Shown piece after piece: positions 8,896-18,945 of a DNA stretch of 61,763 nucleotides (positions are counted from its first letter, which is position 1; the number at the start of each line of letters is the position of its first letter). Position numbers and translations under genes: made by a program. The DNA is taken from the sequence record SRR33789315_30, one strand, 5' to 3'. Below the pieces are notes generated by a model. That model saw only the letters and a program-made list of their open reading frames with translations, did no database searches and had not been told where the DNA came from.

Positions 8896-11043
8896 TTAAA
8901 AAATTGACTTATGGCTTTTAGCTTCTAAATCAATTATAAATGCATAGCTTTCTGCCACTTCTTTTAGGGCTTCAAACCTTCCTGAAGCCCCGCCGTGGCC
9001 TGCTTCCATATTAATTTTAAATAAAATTTCACTACTACCTTTATTATGGTCTCGTAATTTTGCAATCCATTTTGCTGGTTCCCAATATTGAACCTGAGAA
9101 TCGTGATAACCCGTGGTAACCAATATGTTAGGATAAATACGGTCTACTACCTGATCATAAGGGGAATAGGATTTCATATAGTCATAATATTCCTTTTCAT
9201 TAGGATTTCCCCATTCATCATACTCACTTGTTGTTAACGGTATGGTATCATCTAGCATAGTGGTTACAACATCTACAAAAGGAACTGCTGCTATAATTCC
9301 GTTATAAAGTTCTGGAGCCATATTGTTTACGGCTCCCATTAAGAGTCCGCCAGCAGAGCCGCCGTAAGCATATAAATGCTCAGCACTGGTATATTTCTGT
9401 TCAATTAGAAATTTTGAAGCTGTAATAAAGTCTGTAAAGGTGTTTCTTTTATTAAGCAGTTTGCCATCTTCGTACCATTTTCTCCCCATATATTCACTAC
9501 CTCTTATATGGGCAATAGCATAAATAAACCCTCTATCTAGTAAACTTAATCGTGAGCTAGAAAATGATGGGTTTATAGTATAACCATAACTACCATAAGC
9601 ATACTGTAAAAGGGGGTTTTTACCATCTAGCTCTATTCCTTTTTTATAAACTAAGGATATAGGTATTTTTACGCCATCTGTTGCTGTTGCCCATACCCGT
9701 TTTGTTTCATAATTATCTTTATTAAAATCTCCTCCTAAAACTTCCATTTCCTTTAATACTTCTTGCTCTCGAGTCACCATATCAAATTCTATAACAGAAC
9801 TAGGGGTATTAAGTGAATTATAGGTATACCTTAACTTTTGTGTATCAAAATCTGGATTTACGCTTGTGTAGGCCGTATAGGTTTCATTATTGAAAGGAAG
9901 GTAATAATCCTGTGTGTTATCCCAGTGCTTAATATTGATTTTATTCAACCCTTCACTACGTTCCTCAACAACTAAAAAATCTTTAAATATTTCTACTTCT
10001 TCTAAAAGTACATCTTCACGATGGGGAATTACTTCTTTCCAGTTTTCTTTTAGTGTCTTATCTATCGGGGTTTTCATCAATTTAAAATTGGTTGCCCCAT
10101 CTTTATTAGTTACTATATAAAAATCATCTTTATAATGCGAAATGCCATATTCTAAACCGCGCTCCCTAGGCTGAAATACCTTAAAATTAAAATCGGGTCC
10201 TTTTGCATCTGTGATTTGATATTCTGAAGTTAAGGTACTACTCGAGCCAATAACTATATATTTATTAGATTTTGTTTTATAAATAAAGGTATCATAAGTC
10301 TCATCTTCCTCCTCAAAAACTAAGATATCTTCATCTGATGATGAACCTAAAACATGTTTATAGATTTGATAGCTGCGTAAAGTTTGCTCATCCTTTCTAG
10401 TATAGAAAAGCGTTTTGTTATCTGCTGCCCATACTGCTCTACCAGTTGTATTAGATATTTCATCTTTGTAAACTTCACCCGTTTTTAAATTTTTAATATG
10501 AAGTGTGTATTTTCTTCTACTCAAAGTATCTACTCCGTAAGTAGCTAGCAAATTGTCTTCTGAAACTGAATAACCCGCTTGATTAAAATAAGCATGACCT
10601 TGAGCCATTAGGTTATTATCAAACATCACCTCTTCTTCTGCTTCTAATGTTTTATACTTTCTACAGAATAAAGGATAATCCTTCCCTTTTTCGTAGCGGG
10701 TATAATACCAATACTGATTATACAAGTAAGGGACACTTTCATCATCTTCCTTAATTCTGGCTTTCATTTCTTCAAATAATTGCTCTTTTAAGGGCTGTGT
10801 GTGAGCAGTCATTTTATCATAATAATCTTTCTCACTATTAAGATATTCAAGAACTTCGGGAGCATCTCGTTGATTCATCCAATAATATTCATCTACGCGA
10901 ACATCCCCATGAATTTCAAGGGTTTCTGCTATCTTTTTAGCCTCTGGCATTACTAGTTCTGTATTCAAATCTGTGGTTTCTTTTTGTTTACACGAATTGG
11001 TAAAAATAAGAGGAATAACTATTAACCCTATTAATTTTTTCAT
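8896..11043 (-). CDS. ptrB: Oligopeptidase B (S9A), probable lipoprotein
   Basis: GGSAGG nucleophile motif, YDEWGNP, HDSQV, GHGGASGRF. Likely start is the ATG at 11043 (MKKLIG...NSC); the ORF track starts at 11067. Confidence 0.92.
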   Translation of the reverse strand: MKKLIGLIVIPLIFTNSCKQKETTDLNTELVMPEAKKIAETLEIHGDVRVDEYYWMNQRDAPEVLEYLNSEKDYYDKMTAHTQPLKEQLFEEMKARIKEDDESVPYLYNQYWYYTRYEKGKDYPLFCRKYKTLEAEEEVMFDNNLMAQGHAYFNQAGYSVSEDNLLATYGVDTLSRRKYTLHIKNLKTGEVYKDEISNTTGRAVWAADNKTLFYTRKDEQTLRSYQIYKHVLGSSSDEDILVFEEEDETYDTFIYKTKSNKYIVIGSSSTLTSEYQITDAKGPDFNFKVFQPRERGLEYGISHYKDDFYIVTNKDGATNFKLMKTPIDKTLKENWKEVIPHREDVLLEEVEIFKDFLVVEERSEGLNKINIKHWDNTQDYYLPFNNETYTAYTSVNPDFDTQKLRYTYNSLNTPSSVIEFDMVTREQEVLKEMEVLGGDFNKDNYETKRVWATATDGVKIPISLVYKKGIELDGKNPLLQYAYGSYGYTINPSFSSSRLSLLDRGFIYAIAHIRGSEYMGRKWYEDGKLLNKRNTFTDFITASKFLIEQKYTSAEHLYAYGGSAGGLLMGAVNNMAPELYNGIIAAVPFVDVVTTMLDDTIPLTTSEYDEWGNPNEKEYYDYMKSYSPYDQVVDRIYPNILVTTGYHDSQVQYWEPAKWIAKLRDHNKGSSEILFKINMEAGHGGASGRFEALKEVAESYAFIIDLEAKSHKSIF

Positions 11044-11076
11044 ATTCTTATCTGAAAGATTAGTCATGTAATTTAG

Positions 11077-11084
11077 TAATTTTG
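11077..11084 (+). promoter_or_regulatory. Bacteroidota -7 promoter element
   Basis: TAATTTTG about 22 nt upstream of the ybaB ATG. Confidence 0.55.
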
Positions 11085-11106
11085 TTCTTCAAAAAAATAA
11101 AAAAAT

Positions 11107-11418
11107 ATGTTTGGAGATATGATGGAGCGTTTACAAGAAGCTCAAAAGAAAGTTGAAGAAACTAAAAAACGATTAGAAAACGTTTATATAGATGAAAAAA
11201 GTAGTGATGATTTATTACAAACCAGCGTCAGTGTTGCTGGTAAAATTAAAAACATTACGATTGCAGATGATTTACTCGCAGATAAAGAACAACTGGAGGA
11301 CTATTTAATACTCACCTTAAATAAAGCTATTGAGAAAGCCAGAGCTAGCTATGACGCAGAAGTTGCAGCTGTTGCAAAATCTGGAATGCCTAATATCCCG
11401 GGAATGGATATGTTTTAA
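11107..11418 (+). CDS. ybaB: YbaB/EbfC family nucleoid-associated protein
   Basis: 103 aa; MM..LQEAQ N-terminal helix, DKEQLEDYL...LNKA, and GMPNIPGM C-terminal tail. Confidence 0.88.
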   Translation: MFGDMMERLQEAQKKVEETKKRLENVYIDEKSSDDLLQTSVSVAGKIKNITIADDLLADKEQLEDYLILTLNKAIEKARASYDAEVAAVAKSGMPNIPGMDMF

Positions 11419-11436
11419 TAGATAATTTTCAACTAT

Positions 11437-12486
11437 TTATAATTTAAAGAGAGGTGATATATTTGCGCTCTTTAATTTTTTAATAGAAAACAAGATATCG
11501 AGTACATAAATAGATAGAGCTAAAGCCAAGAAAAATTCTTTATACTCTGTTATCTCCCAAGTTCTCGCAAAATTTTCTCCCTTAATTAAAAAAAGAACTT
11601 GAGAAAGAATAATAATTAGTATGGTAAATATTAAAACATAACGTTCTTCTTCCTTTTTAGAATAAATGGAATAAAATGTTAAAATCAGTATAGTTCCAAA
11701 AAAAGTAATTTGTGTGAAAATGATATTCCACATATCAAAATTATATGCATAGGCTACTGTAGCCAAAACCATCACCACTGGATTAGCAATAAATATTTTC
11801 AAATCTTTTTTTTTAGCTACTCTGGGAAAATAATTGACAACAAAAGGTGAAAATATTAATAAAACCCAAACTCCAAAGTAGTAGGTATTTTCTAAATAAT
11901 TTGTCGCAAAATTGTGAATATTTAATTCGTGTTGCTCATTGCCTTTAAAGATTGCCGGAGTTTTTATATGAAAAACACGCTGAAACCAAGAAACTTCTTC
12001 CATTGCCACAATAAAAAATAGTATCGCAAAAAACAAAACCATGTTTTTAATGAAAAAGGAAATAGAGGGGTTTTTCTTAATTTTAATAAAGAGTTTTAAA
12101 AGGAGTATAAAATCTATAAAGAAGAAAAGGGCTGAAGCCCATTCCACAGGGTGATCTTCAAAAGCCAGGTAACTAAATACGGCTGGGATAAATAAAAATA
12201 AGAATAAACATATTAATGATCCTGTTAACACTATCGAAAGGATCCTTTTTGCGTGAGGCAGCCCTTTATAATCAAAAAAATATTCCTTAGTCTCATTTTT
12301 TAAATAAAAAAAGAAAAGAAAAGCTGTAATTGAAAAACAAATAACTAGGCTTCTCATTATATACTTTATACTAAGGATGGGCCAAGTTTCTTTAAAAACA
12401 CCAAGACCCATATTAATATCCCACACAATAACCGCAAATAACCCTAGAATACCTATTATTAAATAAAACAGAGGTATTTGTAACAA
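11437..12486 (-). CDS. Polytopic membrane protein of unknown function
   Basis: Roughly 9-10 hydrophobic segments; polar motif MEEVSWFQR...NEQHELNIHN; very AT-rich; TTG start is uncertain. Confidence 0.7.
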   Translation of the reverse strand: MLQIPLFYLIIGILGLFAVIVWDINMGLGVFKETWPILSIKYIMRSLVICFSITAFLFFFYLKNETKEYFFDYKGLPHAKRILSIVLTGSLICLFLFLFIPAVFSYLAFEDHPVEWASALFFFIDFILLLKLFIKIKKNPSISFFIKNMVLFFAILFFIVAMEEVSWFQRVFHIKTPAIFKGNEQHELNIHNFATNYLENTYYFGVWVLLIFSPFVVNYFPRVAKKKDLKIFIANPVVMVLATVAYAYNFDMWNIIFTQITFFGTILILTFYSIYSKKEEERYVLIFTILIIILSQVLFLIKGENFARTWEITEYKEFFLALALSIYVLDILFSIKKLKSANISPLFKL

Positions 12487-12667
12487 CTTAATTTTTACTA
12501 TATTTTAATTAATTAATCTAAATTTAATATTTAGTTTAATTTAAATTAAAGAATATGCGAAAAATTAACTATTCATATTAGGAAAATGTAACGTTAAGTA
12601 TGTTGTTGAATTCAAAGTCTTTATCTATTACAGAATACTTAGCTTCCGCAGAGGTTACATCAGAACC

Positions 12668-13690
12668 TTATAATGTGTTTAAAAAACCTAATAAGAATTG
12701 ATGCATTTCTTCGGTATAATCATAATGCGTGCAGATTCTTAATTTTCCTTTTCCCATAGTACTGATATGTATATTACCTGACTCTAATTTAGTCTTATAT
12801 ATTATTTCATCTACTTTGTCTTTCAGACTAAATATTACAATATTGGTTTCAACTGCTTCTACTTTTTCTACTGATTCACTGCTCTTTAATACTTGGGCAA
12901 TTTCTTGAGCACGACGGTGATCCTCTTGCATTTGTGACCAGTTATGATCCAGCGCATAAAGTCCGGCAGCAGCCATAAACCCTACTTGTCGCATCCCACC
13001 TCCTAACATCTTTCTCACGCGTAAAGCTTTATCCATATACTTCTTTTTACCAACTAATACAGATCCCATAGGCGCTCCCAGTCCTTTAGACAAACAGACA
13101 GATATTGTATCAAACACTTCCCCGTATTGCGTAGGCGTTTCATTTTGTGCTATTAATGCATTCCATAATCGTGCACCATCCAGATGTAATCCCAAATTAT
13201 ATTTATCACAAACTTCCCTGATATTTTTTATTTCCTTGAAATCATAACAAGCACCACCACCCTTATTAGTTGTATTCTCTAAACAGACTAAAGTAGATAA
13301 CGGACTATGATAAAAATCTGGTGGATTTATCGCCTCTTCAACTTGATCTGCAGTTATCATTCCTCTGTATCCATCTATCAGTTTACAGCTCACCCCACTA
13401 TTAAAAGAAGCTCCTCCACCCTCATAATTAAAAACATGAGCATATTTATCTGCAATGAGTTGTTCTCCGGGTTGAGTATGAATTTTTATAGCAGTCTGAT
13501 TTGTCATCGTACCGGTAGGAAAATATAATGCAGTATCCATCCCAAACATTTCTTTAATTCGGGTTTCTAAAGCATTAACTGTTGGGTCTTCTTTATAAAC
13601 ATCATCACCCACTTGAGCCGTAAACATGGCTTCTAGCATTCCTGGCGATGGTTTTGTTACCGTATCACTTCTTAAATCTATTCTCATCAT
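12668..13690 (-). CDS. ltaE: Low-specificity L-threonine aldolase
   Basis: IDLRSDTVT, GDDVY.EDPTV, ENTTN, HLDGARLWNA, CLSKGLGAPMG. Confidence 0.92.
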   Translation of the reverse strand: MMRIDLRSDTVTKPSPGMLEAMFTAQVGDDVYKEDPTVNALETRIKEMFGMDTALYFPTGTMTNQTAIKIHTQPGEQLIADKYAHVFNYEGGGASFNSGVSCKLIDGYRGMITADQVEEAINPPDFYHSPLSTLVCLENTTNKGGGACYDFKEIKNIREVCDKYNLGLHLDGARLWNALIAQNETPTQYGEVFDTISVCLSKGLGAPMGSVLVGKKKYMDKALRVRKMLGGGMRQVGFMAAAGLYALDHNWSQMQEDHRRAQEIAQVLKSSESVEKVEAVETNIVIFSLKDKVDEIIYKTKLESGNIHISTMGKGKLRICTHYDYTEEMHQFLLGFLNTL

Positions 13691-13714
13691 TATAATAATA
13701 TAGCTACTTAATAA

Positions 13715-14512
13715 TCATCTTAAATGTTCCCCTCCGTCAACTGGGATTATAGTACCCGTAATCCACCTAGCTTCTGGCAATGCAAGAAGATAAACAGCAT
13801 TTGCTACATCTTCAGGCAGCGTTAAACGTTCATTAGGGTTATGTTTTAATGCCTCTTCAATAAGTTTATCGCTTCCCGGAATAAGCAATAAACTTTCGGT
13901 TTTAGTTACACCAGCTTCAATACAATTTGCAGTAATATGTAAAGGTGCTAGTTCATATGCTAGACTTCTTATTAGAGCTTCTAAAGTTGCTTTAGCTGCC
14001 CCAACAGCCGCATAGTTAGGCAAGGTTTTTCTACTTCCGGCACTTGTGAAAGCTAAAATGCTGGCTTGAGGAGAAAACAACTTTGCCTCAAGAAACTCTT
14101 CTACCCACGCATACAGACTTAATGCCATCGCATCTATAGTTAACGTGAAATCTTTTGCTGAAAGGTGGTTTTTTTGAATATCTGAAATTATAGGTTTTAA
14201 ATTGCCCTTTGCTATGCTATGCAGTAAAACCTTTACTTTTTTTGAATCTTTTATAAAAAACTCTTTGACACTTGAAATATTCTCATTTTGTAAAGCATCC
14301 AGATTAAAATCTACACACAGAACATTACATTCTTTAATCTCCTCAATTTCTTTTGCAAGTTTTTCTAATTGACTTCGTCTTGTGCGGTGTATTATACATA
14401 TATGCATCCCGTGAAGTGCCAATTTCTTAGCCGAAGCTAATCCTAGACCAGATCCGCCTCCTAATACGCATGCCCATTCATTTTGATTTGAAGAATTAAA
14501 ATTTTTTACCAT
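13715..14512 (-). CDS. SDR oxidoreductase, enoyl-ACP reductase (FabL/FabI-like)
   Basis: GGGSGLG Rossmann motif; YAAVGAAK (Yx6K, enoyl-reductase spacing); ITG.IIPVDGG; overlaps the PKS stop. Confidence 0.8.
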   Translation of the reverse strand: MVKNFNSSNQNEWACVLGGGSGLGLASAKKLALHGMHICIIHRTRRSQLEKLAKEIEEIKECNVLCVDFNLDALQNENISSVKEFFIKDSKKVKVLLHSIAKGNLKPIISDIQKNHLSAKDFTLTIDAMALSLYAWVEEFLEAKLFSPQASILAFTSAGSRKTLPNYAAVGAAKATLEALIRSLAYELAPLHITANCIEAGVTKTESLLLIPGSDKLIEEALKHNPNERLTLPEDVANAVYLLALPEARWITGTIIPVDGGEHLR

Positions 14513-15573
14513 TGTAACAAAATTCGCTGAGCAGAAAAACCAGGACCAAAGCTAAGCATTAATCCATATTCATCGGGTGGTACTTTTGATTTGAGAAACT
14601 CCTCAAGTACGATTAAAACCGTTACACTACTCATATTACCAAACTGCCGCAGTACTTCTTTAGTAATATTTATATTTTTTCCAAATACACCAAATAACTT
14701 TTCTACAGTTTCTATAATTTTTCTTCCTCCGGGATGAAATATAAGATGATCTATCTCATGGATCTCAAGATTATTTTGTTTCAAAAAAGGATTAATCACC
14801 ATTGGGAAATGTTCGGCTATCGTTTCGGGTACAGATTTATCTAAAATCATTTTTAAACCAAAATTTGTTAACTTAAAACCCATCATATGTTCTGCATCAT
14901 AAAAATGATACATCCCAGTATCCTTAATCACGGGCCCACTATCTTCTTCGCAAGAAGACAATAAAACACAAGCAGCTCCATCCCCAAAAATAGCAGCACT
15001 TACTACATTTGCCATCGAAAAATCAGTATGCTGAAAGGTAGCCGTAGGGCTTTCTACAGCAATTATAGCCGCGCGCTTTCCGCTATTTGCCTTTAAAAAA
15101 TCGTTGGCATAAACCATCGCTGATATGCCAGCAGCACATCCCATTTCGGTGACGGGTAAACGCACGATATCTTGTCGTAAATGCAATCTATTTATTAAAT
15201 AGGCGTCTAACGATGGGATCATTATACCCGTACAACTCACTGTAATAATATAGTCCAAATCTGTACCAGCCCATTGCGCGTCGCTTAATGCCTTCTGTAA
15301 AGCTTTCTCCCCTAAATTGGTCATTTCACGCGCATACACTTCATTTTTTTCTTCAAATGAGGTTGCTGTAAAAACTTCTTCTGGAGACAATATACTATAG
15401 CGTCTGTCAACACCAGCATTGCCAAATATTTTTTTGACTTTACGCCTAAAACGTTCATCCTGATTTATTAACCAAGTATCTAAAAGGGGAATAATCTCTG
15501 CTGTATCTCGTGTATACAAAGGCAATTGGTGAGCTACACCTATTACTTTGACTCCTGATTTTCTATTATCCAT
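14506..15573 (-). CDS. Type III polyketide synthase
   Basis: Catalytic Cys in EMGCAAG, His in FHPGG, Asn in FGNMSS; also IFGDGAA and SFGPGF. Confidence 0.93.
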   Translation of the reverse strand: MDNRKSGVKVIGVAHQLPLYTRDTAEIIPLLDTWLINQDERFRRKVKKIFGNAGVDRRYSILSPEEVFTATSFEEKNEVYAREMTNLGEKALQKALSDAQWAGTDLDYIITVSCTGIMIPSLDAYLINRLHLRQDIVRLPVTEMGCAAGISAMVYANDFLKANSGKRAAIIAVESPTATFQHTDFSMANVVSAAIFGDGAACVLLSSCEEDSGPVIKDTGMYHFYDAEHMMGFKLTNFGLKMILDKSVPETIAEHFPMVINPFLKQNNLEIHEIDHLIFHPGGRKIIETVEKLFGVFGKNINITKEVLRQFGNMSSVTVLIVLEEFLKSKVPPDEYGLMLSFGPGFSAQRILLQW

Positions 15574-16250
15574 AAATATCTATACGCCCATCGCCAATCC
15601 AAGGAATAGTTTTTTATATTCAATTTTTTAGCATAGTCTATTATTTCTTCTTTTTTAAATCCTCTTTTTATAGAAATTTTACCATCATGTCTCGCTAATT
15701 TTGTTTTCATCATCAACGGACTAATAATACTAAATGCCCCCAAAGCTACACGAGATCGATGTAGATCATTAATTACAATCCCCAATTTTGCTACACGTTG
15801 CATATTGCTTACTATTTGGAGCACTTCATCATCGTTAAAATGATGTAAGGTTAGTGAGCAAATAATTATATCATATGTTACATTTTCCTTTTTAAGATCG
15901 AGAATATCAGCAAGAACATACGTGATTTCTGGATAGACAGCAGATCTATTTTCTGCAATAGAAATACTAACTGGGTTTATCTCCCATCCTGTTAAGGTTG
16001 CTTTTATATCTTTTTTTCTAAAAGATCTAGCTAATATTTTAAGTAATTCTCCATTACCGCTTCCCAAATCTAATACACTGTATTTTTTTTGTGGATATAA
16101 CTGTAGGAGTTTTTGTACCCCACTAAGGGTACCTTTATGACCTCCCAACCAACGGTTAACCTTGTCAATATCACTCAACGCCTTTTTAAGGGTTTTACGT
16201 TTTATATTAGGTCCATCCATTAATTCGGGGATAAGCTCTCTATGCTTCAT
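15543..16250 (-). CDS. SAM-dependent methyltransferase (type III PKS-associated)
   Basis: VLDLGSGNG motif I, SLTLHHF, INDLHRS, HDGKISI.RGF. Confidence 0.88.
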   Translation of the reverse strand: MKHRELIPELMDGPNIKRKTLKKALSDIDKVNRWLGGHKGTLSGVQKLLQLYPQKKYSVLDLGSGNGELLKILARSFRKKDIKATLTGWEINPVSISIAENRSAVYPEITYVLADILDLKKENVTYDIIICSLTLHHFNDDEVLQIVSNMQRVAKLGIVINDLHRSRVALGAFSIISPLMMKTKLARHDGKISIKRGFKKEEIIDYAKKLNIKNYSLDWRWAYRYLWIIENQESK

Positions 16251-17370
16251 ACATTGACGGTTTGCCGTGTGTTTTTGCTATTATTTTTAAAAGAAGCCCT
16301 GGCATTAATTTTAAAGCTCTCACTGCATGATGAGTTAGCTGTTTATTTTGAATTCCCTTTTGTAATATCGCTCCTGTTGAAATTCTTGTAGAAAAATGCC
16401 TTTTCCAATGTTCAATATAGGCGTTTTCTAAAACATCTCTATTTTTTTCACCCGAATCAAAATAGGCATTAAAACAAGTGGTTAAAATCTTAGCACTCAT
16501 AATCGCCATAGCCATACCATTACCACATAAGGGATGAATAAGAGCTGCGCTATCTCCACACATGATTATATGATCCTTTATTAAAGATTTTCGCTCAAAT
16601 GAAATTTGGCTTATACTTAAACGCTTATCAAATATCATTTCTGAATGTGTGTAAAAGTCATTCAATATTGTATTTGCACGTAACACATGTTCCTCAAAAT
16701 CAGCAAAACCTTTATAAGATTGAAATATGGGCAAACTCACTAGATAACATACGTTTACTTTTCCATCTTCAATTTTTGAAACGCCACAATAGCCTCCTTT
16801 AAATGTAAAAAGGCCCACTGTATCACTAGACCATGTTCCTTTATAATGTGCTTTTACTGCAAGCCACTGACTTCTTTTTTTTATAAAATTACGAGATAAG
16901 GAAATATCTAGATTGCTGCGTTTACCATAGGCTCCTATTACAAATTTACTTTGATATGTCTTACCTGACTGGCATTCAACTACAAAGTGATCCTTAACAT
17001 AGTGTACTGCAACCACTTTATCTTGTCTCAGCTCACAATTTGAATCTTTTAGTTTTTCATAAAAAAGGTTGTCTAACGTATATCTACTTAAACCGAATCC
17101 CCCTAAAGGCAACCTTGTTTTAAGACTATTACCTTTTTCGTCTAACAAATTTAAATTGTGTATAGCTACCGCTCCAGCTGCATAAGGATCTATACCTAAT
17201 TCTTTTAAATAGGGAAGCACCTCATTAGAGATGTATTCGCCACACACTTTATGGGAAGGAAAGGTGCCTTTTTCAATGAGAGCTAAATTATAATCATATC
17301 GTGACAAATCCATTGCCAAGGTCAACCCTGCCAAACCTCCTCCTACAATTATAATATCTCTTTCTACCAA
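16240..17370 (-). CDS. NAD(P)/FAD-dependent oxidoreductase (geranylgeranyl reductase/monooxygenase-like)
   Basis: GGGLAG FAD motif, HKVCGEYIS, GDSAALIHPLCGNGMAMA; TTG start. Confidence 0.88.
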   Translation of the reverse strand: MVERDIIIVGGGLAGLTLAMDLSRYDYNLALIEKGTFPSHKVCGEYISNEVLPYLKELGIDPYAAGAVAIHNLNLLDEKGNSLKTRLPLGGFGLSRYTLDNLFYEKLKDSNCELRQDKVVAVHYVKDHFVVECQSGKTYQSKFVIGAYGKRSNLDISLSRNFIKKRSQWLAVKAHYKGTWSSDTVGLFTFKGGYCGVSKIEDGKVNVCYLVSLPIFQSYKGFADFEEHVLRANTILNDFYTHSEMIFDKRLSISQISFERKSLIKDHIIMCGDSAALIHPLCGNGMAMAIMSAKILTTCFNAYFDSGEKNRDVLENAYIEHWKRHFSTRISTGAILQKGIQNKQLTHHAVRALKLMPGLLLKIIAKTHGKPSMYEA

Positions 17371-17400
17371 GAACGTTAAGTTACAACCTTATTGAAAATA

Positions 17401-17426
17401 AAAAACCCCGAAAATTCGGGGTTTTT
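17401..17426 (-). terminator. Intrinsic terminator after the ompA-family gene
   Basis: Inverted repeat AAAAACCCCGAA-AA-TTCGGGGTTTTT, 14 nt past the stop, with a U-tract on the - strand. Confidence 0.85.
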
Positions 17427-17440
17427 AAAAGTCTTAAAAT

Positions 17441-18142
17441 TTACTGACCAGATCCAACTTCTTTTTTGGCCTCTTCTTTCATTTGGTCATTAGGTACTAT
17501 GGCTAAAGTTACTCTTCTATTTTTAGCACGTCCTTCTTCGGTTGTATTATCATATTTGGGTTGACTCTCTCCATACCATTGTGTTGTAAATCTACCTGAT
17601 GATATACCTTCCTGGATCAAAAAACTTGTTACTGCCTGAGCTCTATTTTTTGATAATGTCATATTGTAAGTATCAGATCCCGTATTATCTGTATGTCCAA
17701 CAACTAATATATTAGTTTGAGGGTATTCTACCATTACTTTAGCCAATCCGTTGAGTGTTTTTTGAGAATCTTCGTTGATATTAAATTGGTTAGTAGCAAA
17801 ATATACACCACTATTTTCATCAAAATTCACAACTATACCATCATCAATACGCACGACTTCTGCACCAGGAATTTCTTCTTCAATTCGCTGAGCTTGCTTA
17901 TCCATTTTATTACCTATTATATTTCCGGCAGCACCTCCTACAACGCCACCTATAACGGCTCCAAGCTCACCATTACCGCCACCGCCAACATTATTACCTA
18001 TTACAGCACCTAATATTGAGCCTCCTGTGGCACCAATTACGGTTCCTTTTTGTTGGTTATTTGCATTTCGAACCGCTTCACAGCCAGTTATTAAAAATAG
18101 TGATAACACTACAATTGATAAGTTTTTGCATATTTTTTTCAT
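17441..18142 (-). CDS. OmpA-family lipoprotein with glycine zipper (YiaD-like)
   Basis: Lipobox ITGC; GA.IG repeats; GHTDNTG, N.TLS..RA, GRAKNRRV. Confidence 0.92.
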   Translation of the reverse strand: MKKICKNLSIVVLSLFLITGCEAVRNANNQQKGTVIGATGGSILGAVIGNNVGGGGNGELGAVIGGVVGGAAGNIIGNKMDKQAQRIEEEIPGAEVVRIDDGIVVNFDENSGVYFATNQFNINEDSQKTLNGLAKVMVEYPQTNILVVGHTDNTGSDTYNMTLSKNRAQAVTSFLIQEGISSGRFTTQWYGESQPKYDNTTEEGRAKNRRVTLAIVPNDQMKEEAKKEVGSGQ

Positions 18143-18157
18143 AATTTTATTTTTTAG

Positions 18158-18646
18158 TTAATCAGCTATTTTACTAAAATTCATCACAATAGTAAAAGGA
18201 CTTCCATCTACAGTTACGGTTTGAGTAAATTGCAAGGTGTCTTCTGATAAATATTGAATATTCAACCTATATCCCTTATTGTTCATGGTTGATTTCATTT
18301 TTTCGTCTGTAGGTTTTAAAAGAACTTCATATGAATTAGTTGACGAAGCTTCTTCTGGAATAGACCACACAAAGTAGTTTTTATCCCCCGAACATTCTCC
18401 ATTTACTAATTCATAATTTCCGAAATTATTATTTGGAATAAATCTCCATTTACTTCCCACCATGCACTCAGAAGAAACACTCCCAAAAAGAGTTACCTTA
18501 TAAATGCCGGGTGTATTATTATAATTGATTTCATCAAGATTCCAATATCCTTTTAAAGCCTGTCTGGATTCTTTAACAATTTTAGTGCTCCCACAAGATG
18601 AAAGCACTAAAATTATTAAAAACATAACTAGATTCTTAGTCATCAC
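18158..18646 (-). CDS. Lipocalin-like domain lipoprotein
   Basis: Lipobox LSSC; LKGYW.L lipocalin-type GxW motif; beta-rich; 15 bp from the ompA-family gene. Confidence 0.75.
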   Translation of the reverse strand: MMTKNLVMFLIILVLSSCGSTKIVKESRQALKGYWNLDEINYNNTPGIYKVTLFGSVSSECMVGSKWRFIPNNNFGNYELVNGECSGDKNYFVWSIPEEASSTNSYEVLLKPTDEKMKSTMNNKGYRLNIQYLSEDTLQFTQTVTVDGSPFTIVMNFSKIAD

Positions 18647-18654
18647 TTTGTATT

Positions 18655-18813
18655 TTATCTAAATAACCTTGATAAAAGGCTAATAACTAGTAATACTATG
18701 AAGATAAAAAACAAAACTCTTGCAATGCCTTCTGCTCCAGCAGCTATACCGCCAAAACCGAAAATACCTGCAATTATTGCAACGATCAGAAATATAATGG
18801 TCCACTTTAACAT
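18655..18813 (-). CDS. DUF1328 (YtjA/UPF0391) small membrane protein, 52 aa
   Basis: Missed by the ORF track. Reverse strand reads [52 protein letters not shown], the DUF1328 pattern. Confidence 0.92.
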   Translation of the reverse strand: MLKWTIIFLIVAIIAGIFGFGGIAAGAEGIARVLFFIFIVLLVISLLSRLFR

Positions 18814-18945
18814 AATTGATAATTTTATTGGTTCGTATGCTAAAGTATCAAAGATTAAATGGAGAATGAATGATATTAATATTGTTTAACTCATTTATGT
18901 TAATTTAGGTTAACACACTAAGGAGTATCTATTAACAATAAAGAA

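Noticed and set aside
18698-18889. 63-aa + strand ORF in the track
   Set aside because: Antisense shadow of the DUF1328 gene at 18655-18813 (-).
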